Assembly: GCA_028534125.1 (NCBI GenBank)
Contig: CM052817.1
Location: 17,362,001-17,426,000 of the forward strand
Length of the DNA: 64,000 bases
Direction of reading: 5' to 3'
Origin: Lama glama
Taxonomy: Eukaryota
Positions 29,211-42,600 of this stretch are shown piece after piece. Every line of letters starts with the position of its first letter. Position 1 is the first letter of the stretch. The notes below the pieces were generated by a model. That model made no database searches. It was given only the letters and a program-made list of their open reading frames with translations, and had not been told where the DNA came from. The translations under genes were made by a program, and so were the position numbers.

Positions 29211-31756
29211 CCTCAATTTGTCATTTCTCTTTGCTCCCACTGAGCATTGCCTGTAGCAGTTTAATCCTGCTTTACACCATAGTTGGTTTCTTGGCCAGCT
29301 CTCCTCCCCAGGTAGGTGACAAGCCCCTTGAAAGCTTGTTTCTTAATCAGCCCTGTGTAGTCCCCCTTTGCCTTGCATAGAAAGTCCTTAGACAGATTCG
29401 CTAAATAAAATTGAACCCATCATCTTCCTTTTTCATTTTTTCTTCCATCCTCCCTTTCCTGTCTTCCTCCCTTCTTACTTCCTTCCTCCTTTGCCTTTTT
29501 CACTCCTGACTCTCTCCCCCATCTTCTTCCATTAGAATACAGCTCTTCCAGCAGTCAGGGCTCTCTGGAGTCCTGCAGCCTCCTCTCCCTTCTGTCCCCC
29601 TCTTCCTGTCTGCAATTTCAGATATTCATAATAAAGATGAATAAACTGTGACATTTGCCTTTTACATCAAGATAGAAGAGAAGAAAACAGAAAGAGAAGC
29701 GATGGCAATGCGCTCCCATTCTGACTGGAAGACCATGACTTTCTGCCAAGGGTGACCTTCAGGACCCAGCTAAGCCCTACACACCGTTTTTAAGGTTTAG
29801 TACCTCTGTTTTTCTCCTGACACCTATTCCTTCCCTTCCCTATATCCATTTCCTATCTCTCTGTTCTTTCCATTTTGCACTCTCTGTATTGACCGATTAC
29901 CTCCCAATTCTTCCTACCTCAGAACATCCCACCAGGTACCATCCTCATGTCTTGATCCCCAGACCTTATCTTTTGAGCCTCAAGTCTGACTCTGCAGACT
30001 CTCCTCCTGTGCCGGCAGAGCCCCTACTCTGAGAAGTTGTAGTGAAGAGAGAATGGATGCTCTTGTGTAACCTCAGACTTTTTCCATGTATTTCTCTGGG
30101 AATGCTGAAGATCTCGGAACTGCTCAGTCTGTAGCTCCGAAATGAGCTCTATTTCTGGGCCTGTCAGATGAAATGCTGTTGCTCCTAGTTATTTTTGGCA
30201 CGTTGCCCTTCTGAATAGGTGCATATTCTGCTCAGTGCTCCCCATCCCACCCCCCCTAAGCTGGGAAAAAACAGGCAGCTTCCGTTAGCCAACTTCCCTT
30301 CCTCCCTCCTGTGTGAGGAACACTTGTCCCCTTAAGCAGCAGCTGTCCTCTCTCTGACTGCACCCAGGATGTCTGTGCAGTGTCCAGGTGGGCAGCAGGG
30401 AAATCCACTCTCTGGCCACTGATGAAGAACTTTGTGGGCTGAACATCCCTGAGCAGGTGCAGCCAGGTATCCAGAGCCTCTTCACTCATACGTAGGTCTG
30501 CATCCTGCCCTGCTGGGCATAGGTGCTGAACTTCTCCGGCCATCCTTGGGGGAACTTGGGATGGAGAGAGGGCGTTTCAGGCTCAGTGAGAACAGAAATA
30601 TTTGTACCCGAGGGTCTGAGGAAGGAAGGTGCCCTGGGATGCAGAAGGTCAAGGGCATGTGTCCGTAGGTGGAAGCATGTCCTTGGATAAGCGTGTTGAG
30701 AAGAACATGTGTGGAAAGGGAGTGGAGTAGAGAGAAGTTGGGTGTGAACATTTAGATCCACTTGGGACAGAGAGTGAGGAGAGAGCAGCTGGGCACTGAG
30801 GGAGAGAATGTTGGTGGAAATAATTGAAGAGGAAGAGGGAGCACTGAGAGCTTGGGGAAAGCAGCTTGTGTTGTCAAGCCCTGACAGTATTTTATAAGTG
30901 CATCCTGCAGCTGAAGTCATGACACTGAGGCAGGCATTAACATCGACCTAGGGCTTTTAGTCTGTCCGGTAATACGCAGTATCAAGTCAGTATCAGCTGG
31001 GACACTTAGTAAGGTCCGCATAACATCAAGAAAAGCATAAAGAAGGGGAAGCTAGACCAGAGCCCTCTTAATAGCTAGTTATCTCTACAGCTTTTCACGG
31101 AGAGTTTTCTTTTTAAAATTCTCACGAGTATAGCTTTGATGCATTAATTCATTTAATCCGTATGACAGCCCTGAGGGAGTAAGCATTATTATCATCAACA
31201 ACCTCATTTTACAGATGAAGAAACTGAGTCATTTAAAAGATCCCAGGTCCACGGTTGGGAAGCACCAGCTGGGATTCAGTTTTGCTCAAGGACTCACGTT
31301 CACACCACTACACGAAACTCCCGCTGGGTGTGGGGTGATGGAGAGGCAGGCAGGTGTTGTGCAGCATATCGGGGAGTCACACCTGGGTTTCAGACTTCGG
31401 TTTCTGTTTGGGTTTCACCAAGTGCTTGAGAACATAGGCTGCTGTCTCAGACACCCCTGTCCAGCTGTGCTATCCCACCACTTCCAGCTGTGTGACCTTA
31501 GGCAAATCACTAATCCCTTTTGAAACAATCCCCACATCCATAAAAATAAGGATAAAGTCACTGGATCTGACCCCTTACACAATGTTGTGAAAGCCAGGTA
31601 AGGTAGCACAGGTGGGCGCATAGTCAATTATCAAACCCTAGACGAGAGAAAAGCATCATTTGTGTATTATTCATTCTTGACTACTTAAAAAAAAAAGGCT
31701 CACAAAGATATATCCCTGATAAGACCATGAAAAATAATAAAAGGTTAATAAATAGC

Positions 31757-32183
31757 TGTGACAGCATGTCTCCAAAGATGACCCCCACCGTGAACATCTC
31801 CCGTTACAACCTTGCGGAGAAGGAATAAATTCCCCTAGTATGACCCGTGGGGGAATCCAGCCACCACGCGTGAACTGTGACCACTAGCACGATGTGAGAA
31901 AGCCCAAGCTAGCCATCTGGAGGGAGAGAGATAGCCGGCCTCCAGCCACTCCGGCCATCTCAGCCCTGTGACTGAGCAAACCAGCTCTCACGTTTATCCC
32001 TGTTGAGCCTTTAGATGACTCCAACCCCAGCCACACTGGGCTGAAACTGCATGAGTGTCCCCAAGCAAGAGCTGCCCAGCTGAGTCCTGTCAACTCACTG
32101 AACCATGAAAGATAAAAATAGATTGTAGTTTTGAGCCACCAAGTTTGGGGATTGTTTGTTCACAGCAATAGATAACTGAAACA
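31757..32183 (+). mobile_element. MaLR (MLT1-type) solo LTR
   Basis: 3' end 'gccaccaagtttggggattgtttgttcacagcaatagataactgaaaca' and 'cagctgagtcctgtcaac'. Confidence 0.8.
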
Positions 32184-33407
32184 GTGCCCTAGGCTAATTT
32201 TAGTATATTAACTGAGCGGTCTAGTTGACTTTGAGCTTCCTGGCATTCTAAGCAAAAAGAGGAACAGGGCGGATTATGAGCACTTCTTATTGTCTTGAGG
32301 TATTATGATTTACCTGAATGGAGAGTTCATCTGACCCATCTGTTTGCAGTCAAATCAGAATGAAAATTAAACTGTCTTCCTTACATGAGATCGTCTCCTC
32401 TCTTTACTGAACTTACAGTTGCACAGGTTCTGTAATCTGGCTTGCTGGAGCAAACCAAAGAATTGTAGCTGTCTTTAACAAAAAATGTCCCTTGCATCTG
32501 GCCCAAATCTTTCAGAATGGAACTCACTTTCTCGTTTGGTTCTCAGGGCATCTTCTGCCTCCCGCCTCATACCCATCCCAAATTAAGTCACAAATGGGCT
32601 CGGTGACTCCAGGGTCCTAAGCAGCCAAAATTATTATTAAAATAGAAATGCTGCAAATAGTTGAAACTGAAGCAGATTGGATGATTTATTCAAACCTTCA
32701 GGAAAAATTACTATTCAGCTCAGAATTGAAATTTAGACTTGTGATTCCTAATCAACTAGAATGCAGTGCTTCCCTGATGTTAACCCCCTAAAAAGGAAAA
32801 GGGGGAAAAAAACCACATAAAATATATATACGGTTGCGCTTGTGCCTTGGGTCCTTTAGAACCTGTGCTCTGAAAGGTCAGGAACTACATCTATCTTCTG
32901 AATAGTGAGATGTTTAACACCTTACTGGCACTTATTAAAGCTTTTCTTCATTAAGTGACCTTCCAAGTCTATGATAATAAAAGAACTAAAATGAGTGTGA
33001 ATCAGTGGGTTCCATTCTCTCCAGTGTGGCCTTGACAGATGGGACCAGCAGGCAATCAAGGCCTGGGACGTTTGGGGAATTCTGGGTTAGCACACGGGGT
33101 GTTTGAGGTGACCTCATCACCTGGGCCCTGAAATGGATCCAGGCAGCCCCGTCAAGGTAGTGAAGCTTGTCTTCTGGGTCCTTGATCTCATTTTCTACAC
33201 TCTTCACCCTCACTTGTCTTCATACCCGTAGCTTGGACGTCAGAGTCCTTGTGCTGAAACTCTTTGTGGATAGCTTAATGGTTGGGAGAATGTGCTGGAC
33301 TCAAATCCCAGCTGAGTTCCTTAGCCTATATTTGCATAAACACTTTCCAATCAGCAAGACACTTCATGTACGTGGTCCAGTGCATTGTGACAAAATCCTC
33401 TGGAGTA

Positions 33408-33880
33408 AGTTATGGGTTGAATTGTGTTCTCTGCAAAGATGTGTTGGAGTCCTAACCCCTGGGACCTGCCAATATGACTTTATTTGAAAGTATGGTCTTT
33501 GCAGATGTGATCAAAATAAGGTGAGATCATAGGATGGGTTCTATTCCAATATGACTGCTGTCCTTACAAGAAGATGGAAATTTGGACATAGACATGCACA
33601 GAAGGATGACAACATAAAAACACAGAGGGAAGATGGTCATGTGAAGATGAAGGCAGAGATTGGAGTTTTGCATCCATGAGCCAAGGAATGCCTGGGCCGA
33701 CCAGAAACTGGAAGAGGCAAGGAAGGATCCTTGTCTAGAGGTTTCAGAAGGAGCGTGGCTTTGCCAGTGCCCTGATTTTGGACTTCTACCTTCCAGAACA
33801 GTAAGACAATACATTACTGTTGTTTCAAGCCACCCAGTTTGGGACACATTGTTCCAGTAGCCCTGGAAAACTAAAATATA
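33408..33880 (+). mobile_element. MaLR MLT1C-like solo LTR
   Basis: 'ttatgggttgaattgtgttc', 'gtgaagatgaaggcagagattggag', 'gacttctaccttccagaacagtaagacaatacatt'. Confidence 0.88.
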
Positions 33881-35597
33881 GGTGTTATCATTTTTCCTAT
33901 GCTTTTTAATCCAATGTTCTTGGGTACCTACTGTGTACCAGGCTCTGTGCTGAGCTCTGGAACCCAGACACAAGGCTATAGGTTAATACAAAGCAAATCA
34001 GAGGCCCTGAGCTGCCTGGTGAATTTCCATGCTCATTCTGTTGTGTCTCAAGCTCCCCACAGCCACCCACCGCTCATCACCACTGACTGGTGTGTACCTA
34101 TTCCCACAGCTGTCTCAGAGACAGGCGGTGCTGGCACTGGAAATAACTTGGGTGATCTCCTGATCCGTCTTCCTGGTTTTCCAGATGTGCCAGCTGAGGG
34201 TCAGAAGCATCTTGTCACCAGCAGAAACACAGCCTTGGACTCCAAAGCCTCTTCTCACTCCCTGGCTCTGATTAATTCATGTTATGAATAAATTCAACAA
34301 ACAACAAATGTTTGTCGAATGAACACTAAATTATTAACGACTGGTAAAGAGAATGCATTATAACTCCCTGAGGTATTTGAATGTGGAACAATGCCTTCAC
34401 CCAGAGAAGGAAATTTCTGAGAGTGGAATGTGGGCCTGGGGGTGGGGAGAGTTGGGGGCAAGGGGAGTCTTGCACTGATCCTTTCTATCCCTAAGGCAAC
34501 TTTTGTATCTGCTCAAGACAGAGCTGGCTACCTTGGAGGATTCTGGAAGTGGGCCGAGGAAGAGCTTGGTCTCCTCTGTACTTTGAGAGGCCGTGCAGGG
34601 CTGTGACCAGTGCCCTCCTGGATGTACAGGAAGCACTGGCCTCATTAAATGCGTGTACCACGACTGCTGTTTTAAACTCCAGCCCTGCTGAACAATTCAG
34701 AAATAGATCCATTATAGGTCTGCTTTAGCCCCAGGGCTTTAACACAGGTCACTAGAAAATCCAAGAGTGCACCGTAATTCAAATTCTCAAGAGGGAAAGA
34801 AAAGAATTCTCTTTGGCACTTCCCCATCCTCCATCCCTCCCCTCCCCCAGCATAACCAGCCGGCCTCTTCCTTTCTATAGTGCTTTGGAATAAATAGCTC
34901 TTACATTGAACTTGAAATCTAAAATTTCCTTCAGCTATTAATTGATAAGAGCAGCTCATTTTACCTCTCTTGCTCTGAAGTAAGATTACAGTGTAAATAA
35001 ACTGGGTCAGGTTGAGCAGGATGGACGTGAACAGTTCCCTAATTCCCCTTAATCTCTGGTAAAGGAATAACAAGGCTTTGGACCTCAGCATTCAATAAGC
35101 AATTATGTCACCCCTTCAGACTCCATCTAAATTAGTCCGCTGTTCCCTCAGAGAGAATCCAAGGAACCGCCAAACCACACTCTTAAATTGCCACCTCTTT
35201 GTTTCATTCTAGCCCTTGAGAGGAGTTGAGGTAGTAGGGGGGATGTGATTTGATTGATGTTAATTTTTAGAGTATTAGGGATCTCTTGTTTTACTCGAAA
35301 CAGATCAGGGTTTTGAAAGGGGTCAGTAAACAAGGTTTTCCCGATTACTGATCAGCACGCCGTGCTCAGCGCCTCATGAGCCTGCTTCTCATTTTCACAG
35401 TGCATTAGAATCATTGTCTCATTATTAACCTCACCCTAGAGTTCTAAGGAGCTTATGACGCCCGTTGAAGTTAATGAAGGCTTTTACCTATAGATCTGGC
35501 ACTAAATCATTGTGATTGACTGAGTGGCCACAACGTGGTGGGCACTGAGAGAACCAACAGAAGGGAAAAAGAATTAAACAGAAGGAAATCAAAAAGA

Positions 35598-35740
35598 GGG
35601 GAGGGTACAGCTCAGTGGTAGAGCACATGCTCAGCATACACAATGTCATGGGTTCAATTCCCAGTACCTCCTCTAAAAAAAATTAATCAGTAAACCTAAT
35701 TACCCCCTCAAAATTTTTTTAAAAAATTTAAAAAAAAGAA
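35598..35740 (+). mobile_element. tRNA-derived camelid SINE (Vic-1-like)
   Basis: 'ggggagggtacagctcagtggtagagcacatgc...gggttcaattcccagtacctcc' with Pol III A and B boxes, 'aaacctaattacc' and an A-rich tail. Confidence 0.85.
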
Positions 35741-38700
35741 GAGGAAGAAAGAGAAAGTGCCAGAAAGGAAGAGGGTAGAGGAACCAAACTTAGACAGGAA
35801 CTTCAAAACATCTCATTAGGAAAATGAGGCAGTTAAGGAAGAACTCACCAAGTGATCTGCTTAAACTTTAATTAATTATTCATTTATATATATTTATGTG
35901 GCACACTTTCTCTAGGGAACCCAATGTGCTTTGCAAACATATTAAATAATTAACTCTCAAATCTGAGTGAAGTGGAGAGGCAGCCAAATTATGCCATGAA
36001 AGGCCGAGGGGGTGGGTGAGTGATGGCCAGATGTCTTGCTTTGAAAAGGCAATCCACGTGGCGCTCACAGAGGCCACATAGCGCAAGACTTCTTTTTGGT
36101 CTGATAGTCTGATGGTATGTCCTAGCACCTTCCAGAGTAAGCATTTTTTGTTTATATGGGTAAATGATGCTACAGAACAGACGGACCGGCAGGCAGACAC
36201 ACAAACTGATATGAATTACTATAGGAATCCAGTATATTTTGAGAGAGGGTGTTACTAGAAGAAAGTCGAATGGGGCACATTTGAAAAAAAAAACAAAACA
36301 CTGCCTTCAAGACGAAAATAAAAGGAAGGATTTCAAATCAAGAACATCGAATATGGCATTAAATGAAATGAAACTGCAAAGGCCAAACGCCAAATGATGA
36401 GCCATAACATTTACTAGGTTGTGTTTAAACATATTTTGAGTGCCTAAAACTGTATCCTCGCTGTACTGTTGACAGGACACACATTAAAAAATATACCTTT
36501 ACCATGAATGGTTTCAACATCTCTCCGGAAAGTAGAAATGTACCCGCCAAATCAGTGGAGGGCAAAAACAAACAAAAAACTTGAGAAATTAAAAAAAAAT
36601 AAAAACTGAGAAGTGAAAGAGGCAGCTGCTGCGGTGCTATGGGCGTGGCTGCCGTGAGCGAGCAGGCCAGCTGTGCACTCCTCGGAAGAGCCGCACCTCC
36701 GTGGGCTAAGATCTCTCAGTCAGTTACAGGAACAGACTTGTGTTCAGTGCATCTTAAAACTGGTACATGGGAATCCACATACAGAGAGAGACAGACAGAC
36801 ACGGTCCTTGGCGAGATCACAGTGATTAAAACCACAACACGCAGTGGTTCATGTACCTATCACTCGGCGACACGGTGGCCGGAAGCTACTTTTGAGATTT
36901 GGCCAGCTAGCCTACAGGAAGTTTCAGTGTGGGAAAGAGATGGTGATTAACAAGAAGACAGGTTTTCTTACCTTCTTAAAATGAAAGATGATCTTACCCC
37001 AGTACCACTAGCAGGAAATTAAAATTAAAAAGGGAAGGGTGGTAAGTTGGAAGGGAAGAAACTTTTCCAAAAAGCAAACAAAACCATCCTATTGATCCGA
37101 AATTCCACCTGGAGCCCTGACTGCTTTCAGGTTTTATTTTATTTTACCCTTTTTTAAAAAGGGGATTTATCTTCTCTCTCTCTCTCTCTTTTTTTTAAGG
37201 GAAGCAACTTGGTGTAGGAGCTAAAATTGATTCTCCACCAATTTCCAATCAAAGGCCTTTGAGCAAGTCCTTTAACCCTTCTGAGCAGGCTTTATCCATT
37301 GAAAATGATGACAGCCACTCTCAGGATTGTCTTGAGGATTAAACGAAATGGTGGCTGAGAAGTGCTTTGCAAACTGCACAAATGCAGGGTTATTTGTATC
37401 CTTTTGGACAGGGATGAAAGTCTTACTGTTCAGGGTGCACACTTCTGAGTGCCAGGACTGCAAAACTCACAGGTCTCTCCCTCCCACCCTCTTCCATGGA
37501 CTAACATCCCACGCTGCTGCTGCTGGAATGTTCCAAAATCATGCTCCAGTTTCAAAGATGTTGGTCTCATTTTTATAATTTGCTTTCCTTGCTAGACCAA
37601 CCCCCGTTTATCTGGTTAATTTCAGCATCAGTCAGGGATCCTAGTCTTTGGTCTTAACATAAATGGACCAACATTTTCCTTCCTAATCCTCCTACTGCCA
37701 GCAACATAGACCACAAAACAAAACAAAACAATCCCTGTCTCTATATCCTTTCAGGGATAGTAGATAAATTCTCCTTTTCCAAGATAAATACAAGGGCTGC
37801 CTGGGGTGACTTCTGTCTAGGGCTTCCTGACATTCAGACCAACTAATTTTTACTAACTCCATTCACATTTTCAATAGATATAGCTTCTAACTCTTAATCT
37901 AAAACACCAAAAGCCTTTCAAATCATGTAAGCCATTCAGGTATTATTAAGGTATATTATTAAGGTATTATTAAAATTTTCAGATAGTATTTTATTATTAT
38001 TTACATTATGAATCTATTCTAGGATATTTGCTATAATATAGTTTGAATCTATTTTATGTATTAACTATACAGGGAAAACAACTATATACATATTACATAG
38101 ATAGACAAAACTACTATAGACAAGTTTAACCTTATTTTGCATATGTAGGTTTATATAACTTATATATTTTATATATACATGAAATAAGCTTAACTTTGTC
38201 TATATCGAATCTCAATTGACCAGATTTAAATTTATGGTGGTTGACAGGTACTTCTGTGACATCTCTAAATCCTGCATCTCCAATTATATTAAAGAAACAT
38301 CTGCCCACCTAACCAACTTAACAGAACGAAGTAGGCAAAATAACGGGAAAGCCCTGGCAGCGTCAAGGTGAGAAGTAACACTCCTTAAATGATAACACCA
38401 GATCCCCCAACTGTGATCTCATTAAACCTCACGACACTCGGATAAGGGATTCAGCTGCTGCTTTTGTTTTTATTCTTAGAGAAAAGGACGGTGGAGGTCC
38501 AAGGAGATTTGGCCAGTTTTCAAGGTCACTCACGTACAGCCCAGCAAACAGATGGAAAACAAAAAATCTTCAATCTACACGGTTGCGGTGACCCAAGCCG
38601 GATAGTGCAATTGGTCCCAGCAGAGGAGGGGGAGCACCGGACCCCTGTCAGAGCACTTCAGTCTCTTGGGAAATTTCCCAAAGCCTTTCCAGTTCTTCCA

Positions 38701-39164
38701 GACTATGCGTAAGCATCCTGATGGTTGTATTACAGCTGTTAATAACCTCCCGTCTCCCACCAAACCCGAGATGGGGAGAAATCATATAAACTCTCAAGAG
38801 CACAAAAAATGAACACCCCGTTCCTTTTCTGTTCTTCTGCGAAGGAAGACATAGCAAAGGTGTTTTTGCACTTCCAACTTAAAGTGAAACGGTGGACTTG
38901 CAGAATCCTAAGCTCACCTGCCCTCAGGGGATAAAAAGGGGCCTGCCCTTAGCTGGGAGTGTCAAGTGCAGTCATCTTCCTACCCATGCTATGTGTCTAA
39001 ATAGTTTGAGAAGTAAAACTGATTTCAGGCTGCAGAACCTCTGGCCACATTCTGTGGAAAATGTTAAAAAACACTTTTATGTAAAACAATCAACAAATTA
39101 TTGGCAATGTTTATTTTTATTACACCAAAGCCTCTACACCAAGTGCATTAATTATGGATACTCT

Positions 39165-39395
39165 AGTTCAGGGCTCAAAAGTGGAAGGTGGACTTCTTCC
39201 CCCAGGGGACATTTGGCAATGTCTGAGATGGTTTTGGTTGTCACAAGTGGGAGAGGGAATGTCGTGTTGTGGGTGTCCAGTGGGTAAAGGCCAGGGATGC
39301 TGTTAAACATGCTGCTTCGCACAGGATAGCCCCACGACCAGGAATGATCCGGCTCCAGGGTTCAAGGTCACCGAGGTTGAGACACTCTGCTCTAG
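39165..39395. mobile_element. MER20 hAT-Charlie element
   Basis: 'ccccaggggacatttggcaatgtctgaga...ggccagggatgctgttaaacat...gaggttgagacactctg'. Confidence 0.88.
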
Positions 39396-40134
39396 GACAA
39401 ATCCATTCAATATTCAGGAAACAGGTGCCCCTCCCCTTCCTTCCCCGCCCAGAATTCTGCCTGAATTCTTATTGTTATTATTGTTGTCTTAACATGCTCT
39501 GCATTATAACAGCTTGAATCAAATCTTTTTTCAGATCTTTTACATCTCCAAATGTTCAATACCTGAGTCTGAAAATGCCATTTATGATGTATTTTATGTT
39601 TGGTGTTCTAAATGGGGTTAAGTTTATATTTTGAATTTATCTACATTGCATCTCTGTTGTAGATGAAAGCTTCAGTGCGCAAAGGCCACATGCTACCTTT
39701 CAGGGGAGAGATTATGTCAGTTGGGTATCTTGTGTACTATTAACATTGAAACCAGTCTTCCCTGTCAGACTGTTACAGCTAAACGCATTTGGATCTTCAA
39801 GCAGCAAGCACAGACATCCTGCTCAAATGGTTTCTTGTGCGCAGAGAAGAGAGCAGATCCAGACCACTGGAGCATGGCCCTCTGCCACCCCTGAGCATCC
39901 TCCCCATTATCCGCTCAGGCCTGGGAGGCCTGCCTGCCTGACAGCTAACAGCTGTCAGGGGACACCTGTAATTGAGTCAAGTTAAGGACCAGGGACTATG
40001 TAAGCAAGAACAAAAAGTTCTAAAACCCTCTTCCTTGAGTGCCTCTGAGTCCCACAACTCACACTGTGAAATTGAGTCTGTTCCTGTCTTCCACCTAGTC
40101 TTCCCCGAGTATCAATTTTGCTCTTAAGATAAGG

Positions 40135-40628
40135 ACAAAGATCCTTTAGGGCCCACAAGGTTCTGCCCACACCCTTTGCTGTCTCCATTCCTGCCACACT
40201 GACCTTCATTCTAGCCCTCATGTAGGTCACACTGTCCTACCACAGGGCCTTTGCACAAGTTATTCTCATTTCCTCAAGTTCCCCTCCATTCCCCCCACTT
40301 TACCAAGTTAATTCACTTGTTCATTTAATAGATATCTGCCCAGTCATCTCTTCCTCAAGAAAACATCCCAGACCTCCCTAAGTCAAATCCCTCTAATGCA
40401 CATTACCATGGTAGCATGTCCTTCCTTTAATGCACTCACACTTGAGATTTTACGATTATTTGTGTAATTATTCAAATAATGTCTGGCGATGACACATCAT
40501 TGTTCTCTGAGCACTAAGCAAAACACTTGGCATATCATAGATGCTACATAAGTATTTGTTGCCTGACTATTTAGTTAAACAAGTGGACAAATGAATGAAA
40601 CAACAAATGAATGAATGAATGAATGAAA
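40135..40628 (+). mobile_element. L2 LINE 3' end with (GAAT)n tail
   Basis: 'ccacagggcctttgcacaagttatt', 'cacttggcatatcatagatgct' and an aatgaatgaatgaatgaa tail. Confidence 0.75.
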
Positions 40629-41984
40629 GTATGAAGCTGTCTTAAAATCTAAAGTCAGCAGCAAAGCCATAGGTGTGAAGCTGTGTGTGTGTGTGTGCTT
40701 AGGTCCAGGTAACTATCTGGACTGTCAGTATTTGATATTTAGATTATAGGAAGGAGCAGAAGAGAAACCTTGCCTATAAAACATGCAACTGAGAAAAAAA
40801 TTGTATACCTCGCTTAGAGCATCATTAAGTTAGAGAACAACTCCCACACTGTGCTCTCAGATGAAGCCAACATCCAGATTCCCATTGCAGACTTGGCTCT
40901 CCTAGAATTCTCCTCTTCTTTCCCCAGATCCTGCTTCTTCTTCAACATAATATATCCACAGCTGCACCATTTCTTTACATTGTTTTTTTCTTTTTGGCGA
41001 GGTTAACCTTCCTTCTTCAGTTGTATATTGTGCAATACCCAAGAGGCCAAGACTACTATTTGAGATATTTAAATATGACTTTGAGAAATGAGTCTGTCTG
41101 AGATATAAAAGCCTACAGTCACCATGATGAACATGACTACAATGTTTAAAATCCCTAAATAAAGAGATGCAGCACTTTCTGCATATTCATGCTGAGATGA
41201 ATATTATATATGATTCCTGATTTTATAGGCATTCAAATAAGGCAGGAGAAGAGAATATGTATTTACTTATTTTTATCAATGAAAACAAACTGCACTTGAC
41301 TGAAGAAAGAATTGTTTCCTCTAGGATAAAGAGTAATGTGTACATGGAAGGCAGTTCTGTGTATTAGTCTCTGAGCAAAGCTTTATTTCTATATTATTAG
41401 TCATTTTATGCACAGTGCTCAAGTGTCTTGTCAGTGACAGCCACTCATTAAATCACTTAAACTATCATATAAAAATAAAGATGGAATTTAAGCTACATTG
41501 AGCCAGGCAGTCCGTTAGCAAATACTGATTACTCCCCATGGGGTCCCAAGAATTCTTGCAGGTGATAGAGGTATATATTAAAGAAGTATATGGTCCATTT
41601 CCTTGAAAGGACTTGGAGGCAAATCTAAGTGACAAATAGATGAACATGTAATCAAAATAAGAGCATTCAGATAAGTGCTGTCTTAGAAAAATGAATTGAA
41701 GTTCAGCAGTGGATCCTTTTCACAGACAGAGGAGGGAAGCTGGCCCCTGAATACGAAATAGTTTGGTGAAAGGCTAGACTCTGAGTCAAGAACCTCCAAG
41801 AGGTCAGCTTGGTTGAGCTCCTCCACTTTGGGACACGTAAAGCCACAGGATAAACTTGGTACATATTCCAGAAGGGTCATCTTCCTGTTTCAGAAAATAT
41901 ATATATATATATATACGTATATAACATTTTCCAACATAGAAACAAACATGGCTATCTCATGGAGAATAAATTCTTTAAAAAAAA

Positions 41985-42600
41985 AAAAACCTATGGAAAT
42001 GTGGAGCTCCCAGAACTTTCACAGACTCAAGGTGGGAGTACAGATTGGTTCAATCACTCTGGAAAACTGTTGGGGAGTATCAACTAAGTTGAGAAATGCA
42101 AAACCCACGATGCAGAAGTCCACTTCCAGATGTACAAGCCCAAATCTGTGCTCAGGTGCGCTAACAGGTGTTTACAAGAATGTTCGTGGACGTATTAGTC
42201 ATAAAGACCAACTGGATCCAGCCTAAATGCCCCTCGACGATGAGATGTGTAAATAGACCATGTCATAATGGACACATGGCAATGAAAGTGAGTGAACTTG
42301 AACTACACCGGGCACAGTGATGAACCTCACACACATGCTGTGTGAAAGAAGCCACACACAAAGGAATAAATAGTGTTTGATTCCATTTACATAAAATCCC
42401 CAAGTAGGCAAAACCAACAATAGTAGTCGGTTTCCTATGGGGAGAAGATAGGGAGGCACAAAGGGGCAGGGGGTTTCTGGGGCATTTGTTTACATGATGG
42501 GCACATGTCTTGTGATGATTCATTAAACTGTCTATATTTTGTGTACTTTTTAGAGTGTATGTTATACATAAATCATATTCCAATGGTTAAAACATTTTTC
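41985..42600 (+). mobile_element. Old L1ME/MC-like 3' fragment
   Basis: 'atcactctggaaaactgttgg', 'gtttgattccatttacataaaat', 'tgtgtactttttagagtgtatgttatac'. Confidence 0.75.

Noticed and set aside
35598..35672. tRNA-like sequence with A and B boxes
   Set aside because: It is the head of a SINE: it has the SINE body and tail, and a second copy carries a TSD. It is not a tRNA gene.
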